A DNA stretch of 64,000 nt from an uncultured Planctomycetota bacterium. GTDB lineage: Bacteria > Planctomycetota > Planctomycetia > Isosphaerales > Isosphaeraceae. A program made the translations under genes and the position numbers. The DNA lies in assembly GCA_963845755.1 (NCBI GenBank), contig CAWJTV010000049.1, positions 1 to 64,000 of the forward strand, written 5' to 3'. This document shows positions 11,753 through 21,773 of the stretch, one piece after another. The first letter of the stretch is position 1. The number at the start of each line of letters is the position of its first letter. Under the pieces are notes generated by a model. It searched no databases, was not told the DNA's origin, and saw only the letters and a list, made by a program, of their open reading frames with translations.

Positions 11753-11847
11753 GAGTCTGTTCCCGAACGGTCAGGTTCGGGCGGGCGGGGGGCGTCAGCC
11801 CCCTGTCCGGTGGGCGACGGACCTCGAAGACAGGGGGCTGACGCCCC

Positions 11848-13229
11848 TGTCACCCGACAGTAGGTTTTGCCGCGAATCCCGACAAAAAGGTTTTGCCGCC
11901 TCGTGGCGGGGGGTAGTCTGTGATGGTCCGATCCTGCCAACTCCTGCGAGGGTCACTATGCCCGCTCCACTCCCGCCGACAACCCGGCGCCTCGATCTTG
12001 CTACGATCCCGTCGCGGCCAGACCGCGGCGGCCATCGCGGACGCCCTGCATCTCTGCCCCCGCACGGTCCGGCACCTGCTCCAGCGGGCTCGCGACCCGG
12101 CGAGCCCTCAGGGGACCGCTTATCGGCCCGGTCCGGGGCGGCCCGACGACGACCACCCGCTCCGAGCCCAGGCCCTGGCCCTGCGACAGCAGCATCCGAC
12201 CTGGGGAGCGGGCTACATCCGCGTCCGCCTGGCCACCGAGGCCGACCCGGCGACGGTGCCCAGCGAGCGCACGTTGCAGCGCTGGTTCCGCCGCCAGCGG
12301 CACCCGCCTGCGGCGGGGGGACGGCGGTCGCCGTCGGCCGCCGACCGTGCCATCGCCCCGCATGACATCTGGCAGAGGGACGCCGCGGAGCAACTCCGCA
12401 CGGCCGACGGCCAGGGCGCCTGCTGGCTGCGGCTGGTGGATGAATATACGGGGGCCTTCCTGGGCACCACGGTTTTCCCCCCACTACTACTGGGCCCACG
12501 TCCCCGAGGCCGAGGTGCAGCGGCACTTGCGCCGCGCCTTCGAGCGGTGGGGGCTGCCGCGCCGCATGCGGGTCGATAACGGCAAGCCGTGGGGGTCCTG
12601 GAGCGACCTGCCCCCCGCGCTGGCGTTGTGGCTGATCGGCCTGGGGGTCGGCGTGATCTGGAACGACCCGCGGCGGCCGCAACAGAACGGCGTGGTGGAG
12701 CGGTCGCAGGGGACGGCCAAGCGGTGGGCGGAGCCGCACGCCTGCGGCAACCCGGCGGAGCTGCAGGCCCGCCTGGACGCCGACGACCGGCTGCAGCGGG
12801 AGCGGTATCCCGTCGCCGGGGGACACAGCCGTTGGGAGCTGTTCCCCGGTCTGGCGCACAGCGGCCGCGCCTACCGCGAGGCGGACGAGGCCGGCGCGTG
12901 GTGCCTGGGGCGGGTGCGCGACCACCTGGCGGAGTGGGCCGTGCCGCGCCGGGTGGACAGCCAGGGAAAGGTGTCGATCTATAACAGGAATATCTATGTA
13001 GGAGTGTTGTATGCGGGCCGGGACGTCTGGGTCCAGTTCGACCCGGGGCACGGCGAGTGGCTGATCAACGACGGCGGGGGCCAGCAGCTGCGGGCCCGGC
13101 CGGCCCCCGAGATCGACGCGGAGTCGATCCGCGGGTTGCGATTGTCGGGACGGAAGTAGGGACCGCCGGGTGTCCATGCGGCAAAACCTTTATGTCGGGA
13201 TTCGCGGCAAAACCTACTGTCGGGTGACA
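11848..13229 (+). mobile_element. IS481/rve-type insertion sequence with 52-bp terminal inverted repeats and 5-bp TSD
   Basis: TGT..ACA ends; TIRs 11848-11899 and 13178-13229 differ at one base; GCCCC at 11843-11847 and 13230-13234. Confidence 0.9.
11920..13159 (+). CDS. DDE transposase (HTH + rve core + Mu-like C-terminus), split at TTTTCCCCCC near 12473-12482
   Basis: HTH AAIADALHLCPRTVRH; HPTWGAGYI; IWQRD..RMRVDNG..QQNGVVERSQGT; RRVDSQGKVSI. Confidence 0.85.
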
Positions 13230-13259
13230 GCCCCCCGCTCGCCCTTTCGGAACAGACTC

Positions 13260-13793
13260 TTAGACTGTCCCCGGCTCCGGCGGAGAACCGTTCTGGTGGG
13301 TGTCGGTACGTCGGAACGTCTCGCGGAGGATCTCCAGGCGCTCGCTCGCCAGGGCCAGGCGCTGGCGACGGGCATAGCGACGGGTCGCCCGCCAGTCGAA
13401 GAGCGCCAGGGCGAGCAGAACCAGGAGGGTGACAATCGTCACGAACCAGAGTGCGGCAAATCGCGGGTTCGCCTGTCCATTGATCCAGGTCACGACCCAG
13501 GCGCCGGCAAATGCCTCAATGGATTGCTTGAAGTCGGCGTCGAGTGGGAAGTCCGAGATCCTCGGCGGGATTCGCGAACCGATGTAGATCCCGGCGGCAA
13601 GGATCCCCATCAAGAGCACCCCGATGATCCGCCGCAGATCTTGCCAGAAGAAGTGTTTGCGATCGGCATCGGAGAGATCGGCACTCCTCGCGCGATGCTC
13701 CCACCACTGGCCCAGGCCCAGGAGGACCGCAATTGCCGCCACGGCGACCGACAACATCAGGCTGGTCGAGGCCAGGCCGCTCGTCGTCGGCAT
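13260..13793 (-). CDS. Hypothetical membrane protein (3 TM)
   Basis: Three hydrophobic segments in a 177-aa ORF. Confidence 0.7.
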   Translation of the reverse strand: MPTTSGLASTSLMLSVAVAAIAVLLGLGQWWEHRARSADLSDADRKHFFWQDLRRIIGVLLMGILAAGIYIGSRIPPRISDFPLDADFKQSIEAFAGAWVVTWINGQANPRFAALWFVTIVTLLVLLALALFDWRATRRYARRQRLALASERLEILRETFRRTDTHQNGSPPEPGTV

Positions 13794-13850
13794 GGGTACG
13801 GCTCCGGGGCTGGGAGGTTCTTACGCGAGTCTCGATCCCAATCCGATCGG

Positions 13851-14066
13851 GATTCCGGATTCCGAATTCGAGATTCCGGATTCCGGATTCGAGATTCCGG
13901 ATTCCGAATTCGAGATTCCGGATTCGAGATTCCGGATTCCGAATTCGAGATTCCGGATTCGAGATTCCGGATTCCGGATTCGAGATTCCGGATTCGAGAT
14001 TCCGGATTCGAGATTCCGGATTCGAGATTCCGGATTCCGGATTGGGATTCCCGATTCGGGATTACC
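13851..14066. repeat. Heptamer tandem repeat (GATTCCG/GATTCGA/AATTCGA), about 30 units
   Basis: Directly visible 7-bp periodicity in the intergenic region. Confidence 0.95.
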
Positions 14067-14124
14067 GATCACGCGAACCTCTCCCGGGAATCCCGAGTTT
14101 CCACTGACGGCTCACCACGGATCT

Positions 14125-15435
14125 TTAATATTGGTCCAGACTCGTGATCTGCTTCTCGATGCGGTCGGACCGGCGCGCGATTTCGACCACGGCGTGCCGG
14201 AGGTCCTCCGGACTCACCGTGTCGCGGAGGAACGTTCGGGTCATGACGAACATCGGCGTCTCGAGCACGTTGTGTACCGAGATGCTCCCGTAGGTCAGGT
14301 GGGAGTTCAACCTCAGAGCATACTCGTAGTACGTCGGATCCGCGGGGCCGCACACAGAGAATACCGAGAGCAGACGCTCCTGGTTCTTTCCCTCGGACGA
14401 CTCAACGATCACTTCCTGGAGCCGGTCGCCGGGGAGAGAAAGGATCAGGCGGAACGTGTCGCGACAGCCCTGGATGAAACAATCCAGACCCTCCGCACAT
14501 TCTCGGACCAGGGTCTCGGTATCGCGCAGATGATAGATCGCGACCTGGAGCGCCTCGGCCAGTTCGGCGGCGTTTGCATAACGGGCGTCGGGCGACTTGG
14601 CGAGACATCGGGCGAGGATCTCGGCCAGGGCGTCGGGGATCGTCGGGACGAACTCGCGGATATCCGGGACCGACTGGCTCCGATGGAGCTGGATCAACTG
14701 GCCGACGCTATCGGCGACCAGTGGCAACCGGCCGGACAGGGTATGGAACAGGAGCACGCCGACCGCGTAGATGTCGGACCGCGCGCTGGCCGGGGTGCGC
14801 TGGAACAGCTCCGGGGCCATGAACGTCGGTGTGCCCGCGAGCGGGGCGCCCCCCTGGACCAGGTCGGCGAGCCGGCGGACCAGCCCGAAATCGGCGAGCT
14901 TGGCGTCGCCGCCGGGGGTCAGCAGGACGTTCGCCGGCTTGATGTCGCGATGGATCAATCCCGAGTCGTGGGCGGCGCCGAGTGCCAGGACGACCTGACG
15001 GGTCAGGACCGCGGCCCGGGCCGGGTCGAGCGGGCCTTCGCGCACCAGCGTCTCGCGCAAGGTCCGGCCACCGACGATGAATTCCATCTCGATGAAATGG
15101 TAGCCGTCCACGCTCCCCAGGTTATGGACCGTCACCACATGAGGATGGACGAGGTTCGCCGCCGCGCGCGCCTCCGCCCAGAATTGCTCCCGGCTCTCCC
15201 GCTCCGTCCCGACGACCTCCGTATCCAGGATCTTCAACGCACAGGGCCGGTGCAGGCCCAGGTGCTCCGCCTTGTAGACGCACGCCATCGAGCCTTGACC
15301 CAGGATCGACTCGATGCGATAGAAACCCATCCGCCGGCCGATCAGCCGGTTCGAAGTCGCACAGACCGTGCGTTCGTCCTTGTGCTCACGTTTATCACCA
15401 TTCTGTACAACCGTATCTTCCAGGGCGGACTGCAT
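14125..15435 (-). CDS. Ser/Thr protein kinase with C-terminal YbjN/T3SS-chaperone-like domain
   Basis: LGQGSMACVY, CALK, HRDIKPAN, DFGL, GTPTFMAPE; C-terminal SVCGPA..ALRLNSHLTYGSI..EIARRSDRIEKQIT. Confidence 0.85.
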   Translation of the reverse strand: MQSALEDTVVQNGDKREHKDERTVCATSNRLIGRRMGFYRIESILGQGSMACVYKAEHLGLHRPCALKILDTEVVGTERESREQFWAEARAAANLVHPHVVTVHNLGSVDGYHFIEMEFIVGGRTLRETLVREGPLDPARAAVLTRQVVLALGAAHDSGLIHRDIKPANVLLTPGGDAKLADFGLVRRLADLVQGGAPLAGTPTFMAPELFQRTPASARSDIYAVGVLLFHTLSGRLPLVADSVGQLIQLHRSQSVPDIREFVPTIPDALAEILARCLAKSPDARYANAAELAEALQVAIYHLRDTETLVRECAEGLDCFIQGCRDTFRLILSLPGDRLQEVIVESSEGKNQERLLSVFSVCGPADPTYYEYALRLNSHLTYGSISVHNVLETPMFVMTRTFLRDTVSPEDLRHAVVEIARRSDRIEKQITSLDQY

Positions 15436-15659
15436 TGCGATCGGTTTCCTCGGGGCGCGTCTCGACGACGCAAGCGGGTCACATGATTCGTAGTATTATT
15501 CGACACCTTTGGCCGAGAATCGACAAGGCCTGACGTGGTTCTGACGCAAGTGCTTGAGAGAAAGAACCTTACAAAGGCGTCTTTTTTTCAGACCATGGGG
15601 TTTCGAGCGATGGGGCGGAGGGGAATCGTTGCGCAACGCCGTCGGCGTAGATACCAGTA

Positions 15660-17129
15660 TTACACATTATACGACGACGAGGCGGTCGAACCGCCGCGAC
15701 CGGTCCAATTCGTATGAAAGAACTTGCCGCGCGGCTGGTCGACGCGCTCATACGTATGGGCGCCGAAATAGTCGCGCTGGGCCTGGAGCAGGTTCGCGGG
15801 GAGCCGCTCGCTGCGATAACCGTCGTAATACCCCAGCGCGGAGGTCATGGCCGGCAGGGGGATCCCCTGGGCGATGGCCGCCGCGCAGGTCTGACGCCAG
15901 CCCGCTTGGCAGTGCTCGATCTCGTCGCGGAAATAGGGGTCGAGCAGGAGGTTGGTCAGCTTCGGATCGCGTTCGAACGCCTCCTTGATCTTGCCCAGGA
16001 AGGCGCTGCGGATGATACACCCGCCGCGCCACATCAGGGCGACGCCTCCTCGGTTGATCTCCCACTTCGCTTCTCTCGCCTGGGCGTCCATGAGCGCGAA
16101 GCCCTGGGCGTAGGAGATGATCTTGCTGGCGTAGAGGGCCTGCTCGATGCCGTCGATCAGGTTCTTGCGGTCGATCTTGATGACGGCCTGCGCGGGGCCT
16201 TTGAGGATTTTCGACGCGACCGCGCGTTCGTCCTTTTGGGCCGAGAGGCAGCGGGCGAAGACCGCTTCGCCGATCAAGGTCAGGGGCACGCCCTGATGGC
16301 AGGCGGTGATCACCGTCCACTTCCCGGTGCCTTTCTGACCGGCCGTGTCGAGGATCAGGTCGATCATCGGCTGGCCGGTCTCCGGATCCTTGTAGGCGAG
16401 GATGTCGCGCGTGATCTCGATCAGGTAGCTATCGAGCTTTCCCGTGTTCCAGCGGGCGAAGACGTCGTGGATGGCGTCCGGCTCCATGCCGAGCAGCTCG
16501 CGCAACAGGTGGTACGCCTCGCAGATGAGTTGCATGTCGCCGTACTCGATGCCGTTGTGCACCATCTTGACGAAATGGCCGGCGCCTTCGGGCCCGACCC
16601 AATCGCAGCAGGGGGTGCCGTCGGCGACCTTGGCGGCGATGGCCTGGAAGATCGGCTTGACGTGCGGCCAGGCTTCGGGGTTGCCGCCGGGCATGATCGA
16701 AGGGCCCTTGAGCGCACCCTCTTCGCCGCCGGAGACGCCGGTGCCGATGTAGAGGAGCCCCTTGGCCGCGAGCTCCTTGGTGCGCCGGGTCGAGTCGGCG
16801 AACTCCGAGTTGCCGCCGTCGATGAGGATGTCGCCGGGCTGGAGGAGCGGGACGAGCTCCTTGATCACGTCGTCCACCGCGGCGCCCGCCTTGACCATGA
16901 TCATGATCTTGCGCGGAGTCTTGAGCGCGGCGACCAGCTCCTGGGGCGAGCGCGTGCCGATGATCTGCTTCCCCTTGGCTCGCCCCTCGACGAAGGCGTC
17001 GACCTTCGACGTCGTCCGGTTGAACACGGCGACGGTGAACCCATGGCTCTCCATGTTCAGGACCAGGTTCTCTCCCATCACGGCCAGGCCGATCAGGCCG
17101 ATGTCGGCGCTCGTCGGGTTCGTCGCCAT
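15660..17129 (-). CDS. gnd: 6-phosphogluconate dehydrogenase, NADP-dependent, decarboxylating
   Basis: IGLIGLAVMGENL, GVSGGEEGA, GHFVKMVHNGIEYGDMQ, GQKGTGKWT, QAQRDYFGAHTYER. Confidence 0.97.
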   Translation of the reverse strand: MATNPTSADIGLIGLAVMGENLVLNMESHGFTVAVFNRTTSKVDAFVEGRAKGKQIIGTRSPQELVAALKTPRKIMIMVKAGAAVDDVIKELVPLLQPGDILIDGGNSEFADSTRRTKELAAKGLLYIGTGVSGGEEGALKGPSIMPGGNPEAWPHVKPIFQAIAAKVADGTPCCDWVGPEGAGHFVKMVHNGIEYGDMQLICEAYHLLRELLGMEPDAIHDVFARWNTGKLDSYLIEITRDILAYKDPETGQPMIDLILDTAGQKGTGKWTVITACHQGVPLTLIGEAVFARCLSAQKDERAVASKILKGPAQAVIKIDRKNLIDGIEQALYASKIISYAQGFALMDAQAREAKWEINRGGVALMWRGGCIIRSAFLGKIKEAFERDPKLTNLLLDPYFRDEIEHCQAGWRQTCAAAIAQGIPLPAMTSALGYYDGYRSERLPANLLQAQRDYFGAHTYERVDQPRGKFFHTNWTGRGGSTASSSYNV

Positions 17130-17260
17130 TCTCGTTTTCCTCGGATCTACGGGTTTCTTGAGGACGCTGCGAATTCGGATTGTAACAATCCCACGGCGTG
17201 TTTTCGACAGGGCGCGAGAGGCGGTCCCGGTCCGGTTATCGTCGCATCCACAAAGCATGC

Positions 17261-18160
17261 TCAGGTATAGCGCCAGGTCGGCCGTTCCGGGAGGAGGTCC
17301 TCGAAGCGGTCGAGCTGAGCTTGCATGTAATCACCGGCGTAAGCGCCCGCGAAGAACCGAGGGAGCGCCTCCTCGAAGAATCGCTGCCAGGAAGCGTCCT
17401 CGTTGCCGGGGTCGATCGGGTAGAAGAGCGCGCCGTTGGCCTGCGCGGCCTTCCAGTCGCCGGGGGCGTCGCCGACCATCAGGATTCTCTCCGGCTCGTA
17501 GCGGCCGGCTGCGGCCAGGGCGAGGTGCTCTTGCTTGCTCCCCATCTCCTGGCCGGCGATCAGCGAAACCCAGGGACAGAGCCCGTGCTCTTCCCACTCG
17601 CGCATCAGGGCCTCGCCGGGCGTGGCCGAGACGACCATCACGTCGGCCTTGGCCTGCATGCTCTCCAGCGACTCCCGCACGAATGGGAACGGTGGGACGT
17701 GTTTCACCGTGTCGCCGATCGATCGATTGACCGCTTCGCTCCATTCGAGCGCCAGGGCCAGGTCCGGGTCGCCGGACGCCTCGACCTCGGCCTTCAGCGC
17801 GGGGTTCGAGAGCCGGGTCTCCCGCTCGATCCAGTTGCGCAGACCCGCCAGGGCCGGGAGCCGTGGACGCCTCCGCAAGACCTCGGCACGCTCCGAAAGC
17901 AGGTCGATGGTCAAGACCAACCCGGGGAACCGGTTGACCCCCCGATGGATCGAGTAGAGATTGACGAACTCGGCCGTCTCGCGCACATACTTGGAAATCG
18001 CGTCGAGCTGGTAAGTCCGGATGATGTTCGGTATGAAGCACTCCTTGTGCTTCACCTCCATGGTGTCGAACGCGCATCCATCACTGTCGATACCGACGAA
18101 GAAATCGTGCGATTTGACGAACTCTTTCAGAGGAGACCGAGGATCAATCGGCGCAGTCAT
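17261..18160 (-). CDS. HAD-family hydrolase (probable sugar phosphatase)
   Basis: DSDGCAFDTM motif I and LMVGDAPGD motif IV; upstream of gnd. Confidence 0.85.
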   Translation of the reverse strand: MTAPIDPRSPLKEFVKSHDFFVGIDSDGCAFDTMEVKHKECFIPNIIRTYQLDAISKYVRETAEFVNLYSIHRGVNRFPGLVLTIDLLSERAEVLRRRPRLPALAGLRNWIERETRLSNPALKAEVEASGDPDLALALEWSEAVNRSIGDTVKHVPPFPFVRESLESMQAKADVMVVSATPGEALMREWEEHGLCPWVSLIAGQEMGSKQEHLALAAAGRYEPERILMVGDAPGDWKAAQANGALFYPIDPGNEDASWQRFFEEALPRFFAGAYAGDYMQAQLDRFEDLLPERPTWRYT

Positions 18161-18618
18161 ACAGGGTCCTCCCCAATCGAGCGACGAAGCCGAGACCGGG
18201 CGGTCGGAGATCGCGAAGATTGGTGGCGTAATGCAATTCTCAGGAGTGGGCTTGGAGCGGGCGGACCGGCTGGATCCGAGTCATCGGAACAGCTTGAGCG
18301 AATGGTAGTGCGTCAGGATGAACTTGTCCAGTCAATGGTGGACTGGTTTGTGGTCGAGGAATCCGGTCTGAGCGGCCTGGTAAGAGTCGTACAACTACAT
18401 GGTGTGGCGTGACTTTCGTCGATCCCCTAGCTTTGAAAACCCTCACCTTCCGGCCCGCGACCCGACGCGATTGAGCATCCTCGCATGATCTGGTATCGTC
18501 ATGGTCACGAGCCGATCGGGGCAGCGTACGCATTTCGGTATCTTCGTGTCACGTTGAGACTTAGTAGACGTCTTCCGCGGTGCATCCGTCGTTTCGAGCC
18601 AGTCCGGGGAGGCCCTTG

Positions 18619-19929
18619 ATGGCGACCTTCGAACGACCGAAGTCGGCGGACGGCGTCCCGCTCGACCTGCTGGCGGTCATCCGCAACTCCGGCGTGCTCT
18701 CCGAGAAGGTGCTCGGCGAGATCCGCACCAAGGTGCTCCAGGGTGACTACCCCATGGACGCGGGCGACCTGGCCGAGCGATTGGTGCGAGATAAGATCCT
18801 TACGTCCTATCAGACCAAGCGGTTCTTGAACAATCGGTCCAACGGGTTGATCGTCGGCCGCTATATCATTCTCGACCGGATCGGGTCGGGCTCGATGGGC
18901 CGAGTTTACAAGGCCCATCACGTCATGATGGATCGATTCGTCGCGCTCAAGATCATCTCGCCGGAGATCGCGTCGAACGAACGCGTGGTCGCCCGGTTCC
19001 AGCGGGAGATGAAGCTGGTGGGGCGGCTCGATCATCCCAATGTGGTACGCGCCTACGACGCCGATCAGATCCAGAGAGTCCTGTACATCGTCATGGAGTA
19101 CGTGCCGGGCACCAGCCTGGGCGAGCGGTTGAAGAAGGGACCGATTCCCCCGCTGGAGATGATCGACTACGCCGCGCAGGCGGCCCTGGGGCTGGCCCAC
19201 GCGCACGAGCAGGGGATTGTCCATCGGGACATCAAGCCCTCGAACATCCTGCTGAGCGCGGAGGGCCGGATCAAGATCCTGGATCTGGGGCTGGGCGTCC
19301 TGATGGAGGCGGATCAGGCGGCGACGTTCGCGACCGCCGACGGCATCGCCGTGGGGACCGTCGATTACATGTCGCCCGAGCAGGCGTGCGGACGGGAGGT
19401 CGACGGCCGGAGCGACGTGTATGGGCTGGGCTGCGCGATGTACCACCTGATCACGGGGAAGCTGCCGTTCCCCGGGACATCGCCGATCGAGCGCCTGGGC
19501 AAGCGAATCAGTGGCCGTCATGTCCCCATCACGGAATATCTCCCGGACGCCCCCCCGAATTTCGTCCGCGTCCTCGACAAGATGATGGCACACAAGCCGC
19601 ACGAACGGTTCGCTACAGCGGCCGAAGTGGCCGATGCGCTACAATACTTGATCCGGCCCAAGGCCAAGAACGCCGGGCGCGCGCCGCCGAGGCGCCGGGC
19701 CAGGCCGCCGGCAAGACGGCTCCTGCCGGCGCCAAGGCCATCGGCGAGAAGGCTACCGCCCCGTCGCCGTCGCCCGCCATCGTGAAGGTCCAGCCCACGT
19801 ATCCCGCGTGGTTCGGACCCCTTGCTCGCTTCGCCGAACAACGTCCGCGCACGCGCGCTGGCCGGTGCGATCCTGACGGTGGCGCTGACGTTCGTCGCGG
19901 GACTCGTGCTGGGGCTTGCCCTCAAGTAG
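18619..19929 (+). CDS. Ser/Thr protein kinase with C-terminal TM anchor (3' end frameshifted)
   Basis: IGSGSMGRVY, VALK, HRDIKPSN, DLGLG, GTVDYMSPE; a hydrophobic tail AILTVALTFVAGLVLGLALK* in another frame ends at 19929. Confidence 0.88.
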
Positions 19930-19959
19930 AGTCTTGCTCCGTAGGCTCCCTTCGCCGTG

Positions 19960-20363
19960 CGCACATCTGGAGATTCCGAATTCCGGATTCGAGATTCCCG
20001 AATCATTCCCCTTCGGGAATCGGGAATCGCGAATCGAGTATCCCTCTTCGGTTGCGGCCGAAGGCCACGTCTGCGTCTTCCTGCGTAGGGTCCCTGCCGA
20101 ACGCATCTGGAGATTCCGAATTCCGGATTCGAGATTCCGGATTCCCGAATCACTCCCCTTCGGGAATCCGGAATCGCGAATCGGGTATCCCTCTTCGGTT
20201 GCGGCCGAAGGCCACGTCCGCGTCTTCCTGCGTGCGGTCCCTGCGCCGAACGCATCTGGGGATTCCGAAATCCGGATTCGAGATTCCCGATTCATTCCCC
20301 TTCCGGAATCCGGAATCTCGAATCGGGAATCTCTCTTGGGTTGCGGCCGAAGGCCGCGTTAGG
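19960..20363. repeat. Three tandem copies of an about 145-bp composite repeat (inverted heptamer tracts + GTTGCGGCCGAAGGCC motif)
   Basis: CATCTGG(A/G)GATTCCGAA at about 19964, 20104 and 20253; GTTGCGGCCGAAGGCC at 20051, 20198 and 20340. Confidence 0.9.
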
Positions 20364-20383
20364 TGAGAGGGTGGCGCCGTCGT

Positions 20384-21408
20384 TCAGTGGTGTGAGCCCG
20401 CGCCGGCGGCGACGGGGTGACTGGGTGCCGGCGACGGCTTGGGCTTTGGCGTGAAGATTTCGCGCAGGGCGCCGGCCAGATCCGGATACCGGAACGCATA
20501 TCCGAGCTGGAGTGCCTTCGCGGGGAGTACCTTCTGTCCGGTCGCTATGACCTTGGCGACCTCGCCGAGGAGGAGCTGGAGCATCGCGTCGGGTGGCCCG
20601 ACGGGAAGGAAGAATCTCCAGGGTGTCGCCCGGGTCTTGAGGACGGCCGAGAACGTCTTGGCGAACTCGGCGTTGCGTACGGGATGGGGCGCGGTCCCGT
20701 TGATGGGTCCGATGGCGTCCGGGTTCTCAATGGCCAGGCGGAGGATGCCGACGATATCGTCGATGTGGATCCAGCTCATCCATTGCTGGCCCTCGGCCGG
20801 CCCGAACTTGCCTTTGCTGCCGATCGGGACGCCCGGGCCGAACTTGAACAGCGGAGTCATGATTTCGAAGCGCGCCACCGTCGGGCGACAGTACGATCCC
20901 GGTCCGGACGACCGCCCGGCGCACGCCCAGGCCCTCGAGCGACTCGGAGGCTTCCTCCATCTCCCGACAGACGACCGCCAGGAAATCGGCTCCGGAGGGA
21001 GCGGCTTCGGTCAATTCCTCATCGCTGTGAGGACCGTAGTAGCCGATCGCCGAACCCTGGATGTAGACCTGGGGTCGCGAATGGGCCTGCTTGATGGCCG
21101 CGACGAGCTGCTCAGCACCGTGGACGCGGCTGTCGCGGATCCTGGACTTGACCGCCGCGCTCCAGCGTTCGGCGAAGATGTTGTGCCCCGCCAGGTTGAC
21201 GACTGCGTCGCAGCCGTCAACCGCGTCCTGCCAGCGGCCCGGCTGGGTCGGGTCGCCCGGCACGACCTGGTAGGCCCACATCTCCGGCTCGCGACGGAGG
21301 TGGTCCGCATTCCGCGACAGTATCACCGGATGGTGGCCCGCGCCGAGCAGAGTGCTGCGCCAGTTGGCGACCGATTAATCCCGAGCCTCCCGTGATCAAT
21401 ACACGCAT
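20384..21408 (-). CDS. TIGR01777-family NAD-dependent epimerase/oxidoreductase (YfcH-like), frameshifted
   Basis: MRVLITGGSGLIG, DAVVNLAG, GSAIGYYG, QWMSWIHIDD, GPINGTAPHPVRNAEF over three ORFs. Confidence 0.9.
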
Positions 21409-21773
21409 GGTCTTCAACCTTCGTCGATGCCTGGTGCGCCTTGGTGAGCCTCAACGTCCGGTGATGGATTCGATTCGGTCCGGACGGAGAACAATCGGTC
21501 CTCAGGGACCGCCGCGATGACCGAGCCGCGCCGTTGCCGCCTGAAGCCGATGCGCGTCAGCGTGTCGCGATGCAACATCATGGTGCACCGAGGGGCCGAT
21601 CGTCAAGGAGCGTGAAAACTCGTCAAGGGTGCCCAGTTCATCCGCTTCACGAAGAAGTGTTTATGGTCGTTTGAAACCCCGATGAAGTTCGTTCGCGATC
21701 GTTGGACGTCCGGCTCGTCCGTGATAACATCCTGGAATCAAGAGCGAAATAATCCCGAGGGATCTGCTCGATC

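Larger units (their letters stand above)
11753..13259. mobile_element. 120-bp palindromic MITE/REP-like element (copy 1), interrupted by an IS
   Basis: Ends GAGTCTGTT...AACAGACTC, inner stem GGGGGCGTCAGCCCCCTGT/ACAGGGGGCTGACGCCCC; 11753-11847 plus 13235-13259 sum to 120 bp, the same as the intact copy at 46141-46260. Confidence 0.85.

Noticed and set aside
13624..14147. ORFs reading RFRIPDSGF repeats (also 19518-20366 and 48316-48640)
   Set aside because: Artefacts of stop-free heptamer repeats that are open in most frames.
15714..17270. 518-aa plus-strand ORF
   Set aside because: Antisense shadow of gnd caused by high-GC codon bias.
18160..18620. Possible ncRNA, riboswitch or tRNA in long intergenic regions (also 27010-27310 and 63010-63300)
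   Set aside because: No recognisable conserved motif or cloverleaf by eye; an Infernal/Rfam scan would be needed.
19960..20363. Possible CRISPR array
   Set aside because: The segments between repeats are themselves near-identical, the period is about 145 bp, and no cas genes are present.
21590..21740. CGTCAAGG direct repeat upstream of the lipid operon as a Pho box
   Set aside because: Spacing is 20 bp rather than 11 and the match to the Pho consensus is poor.
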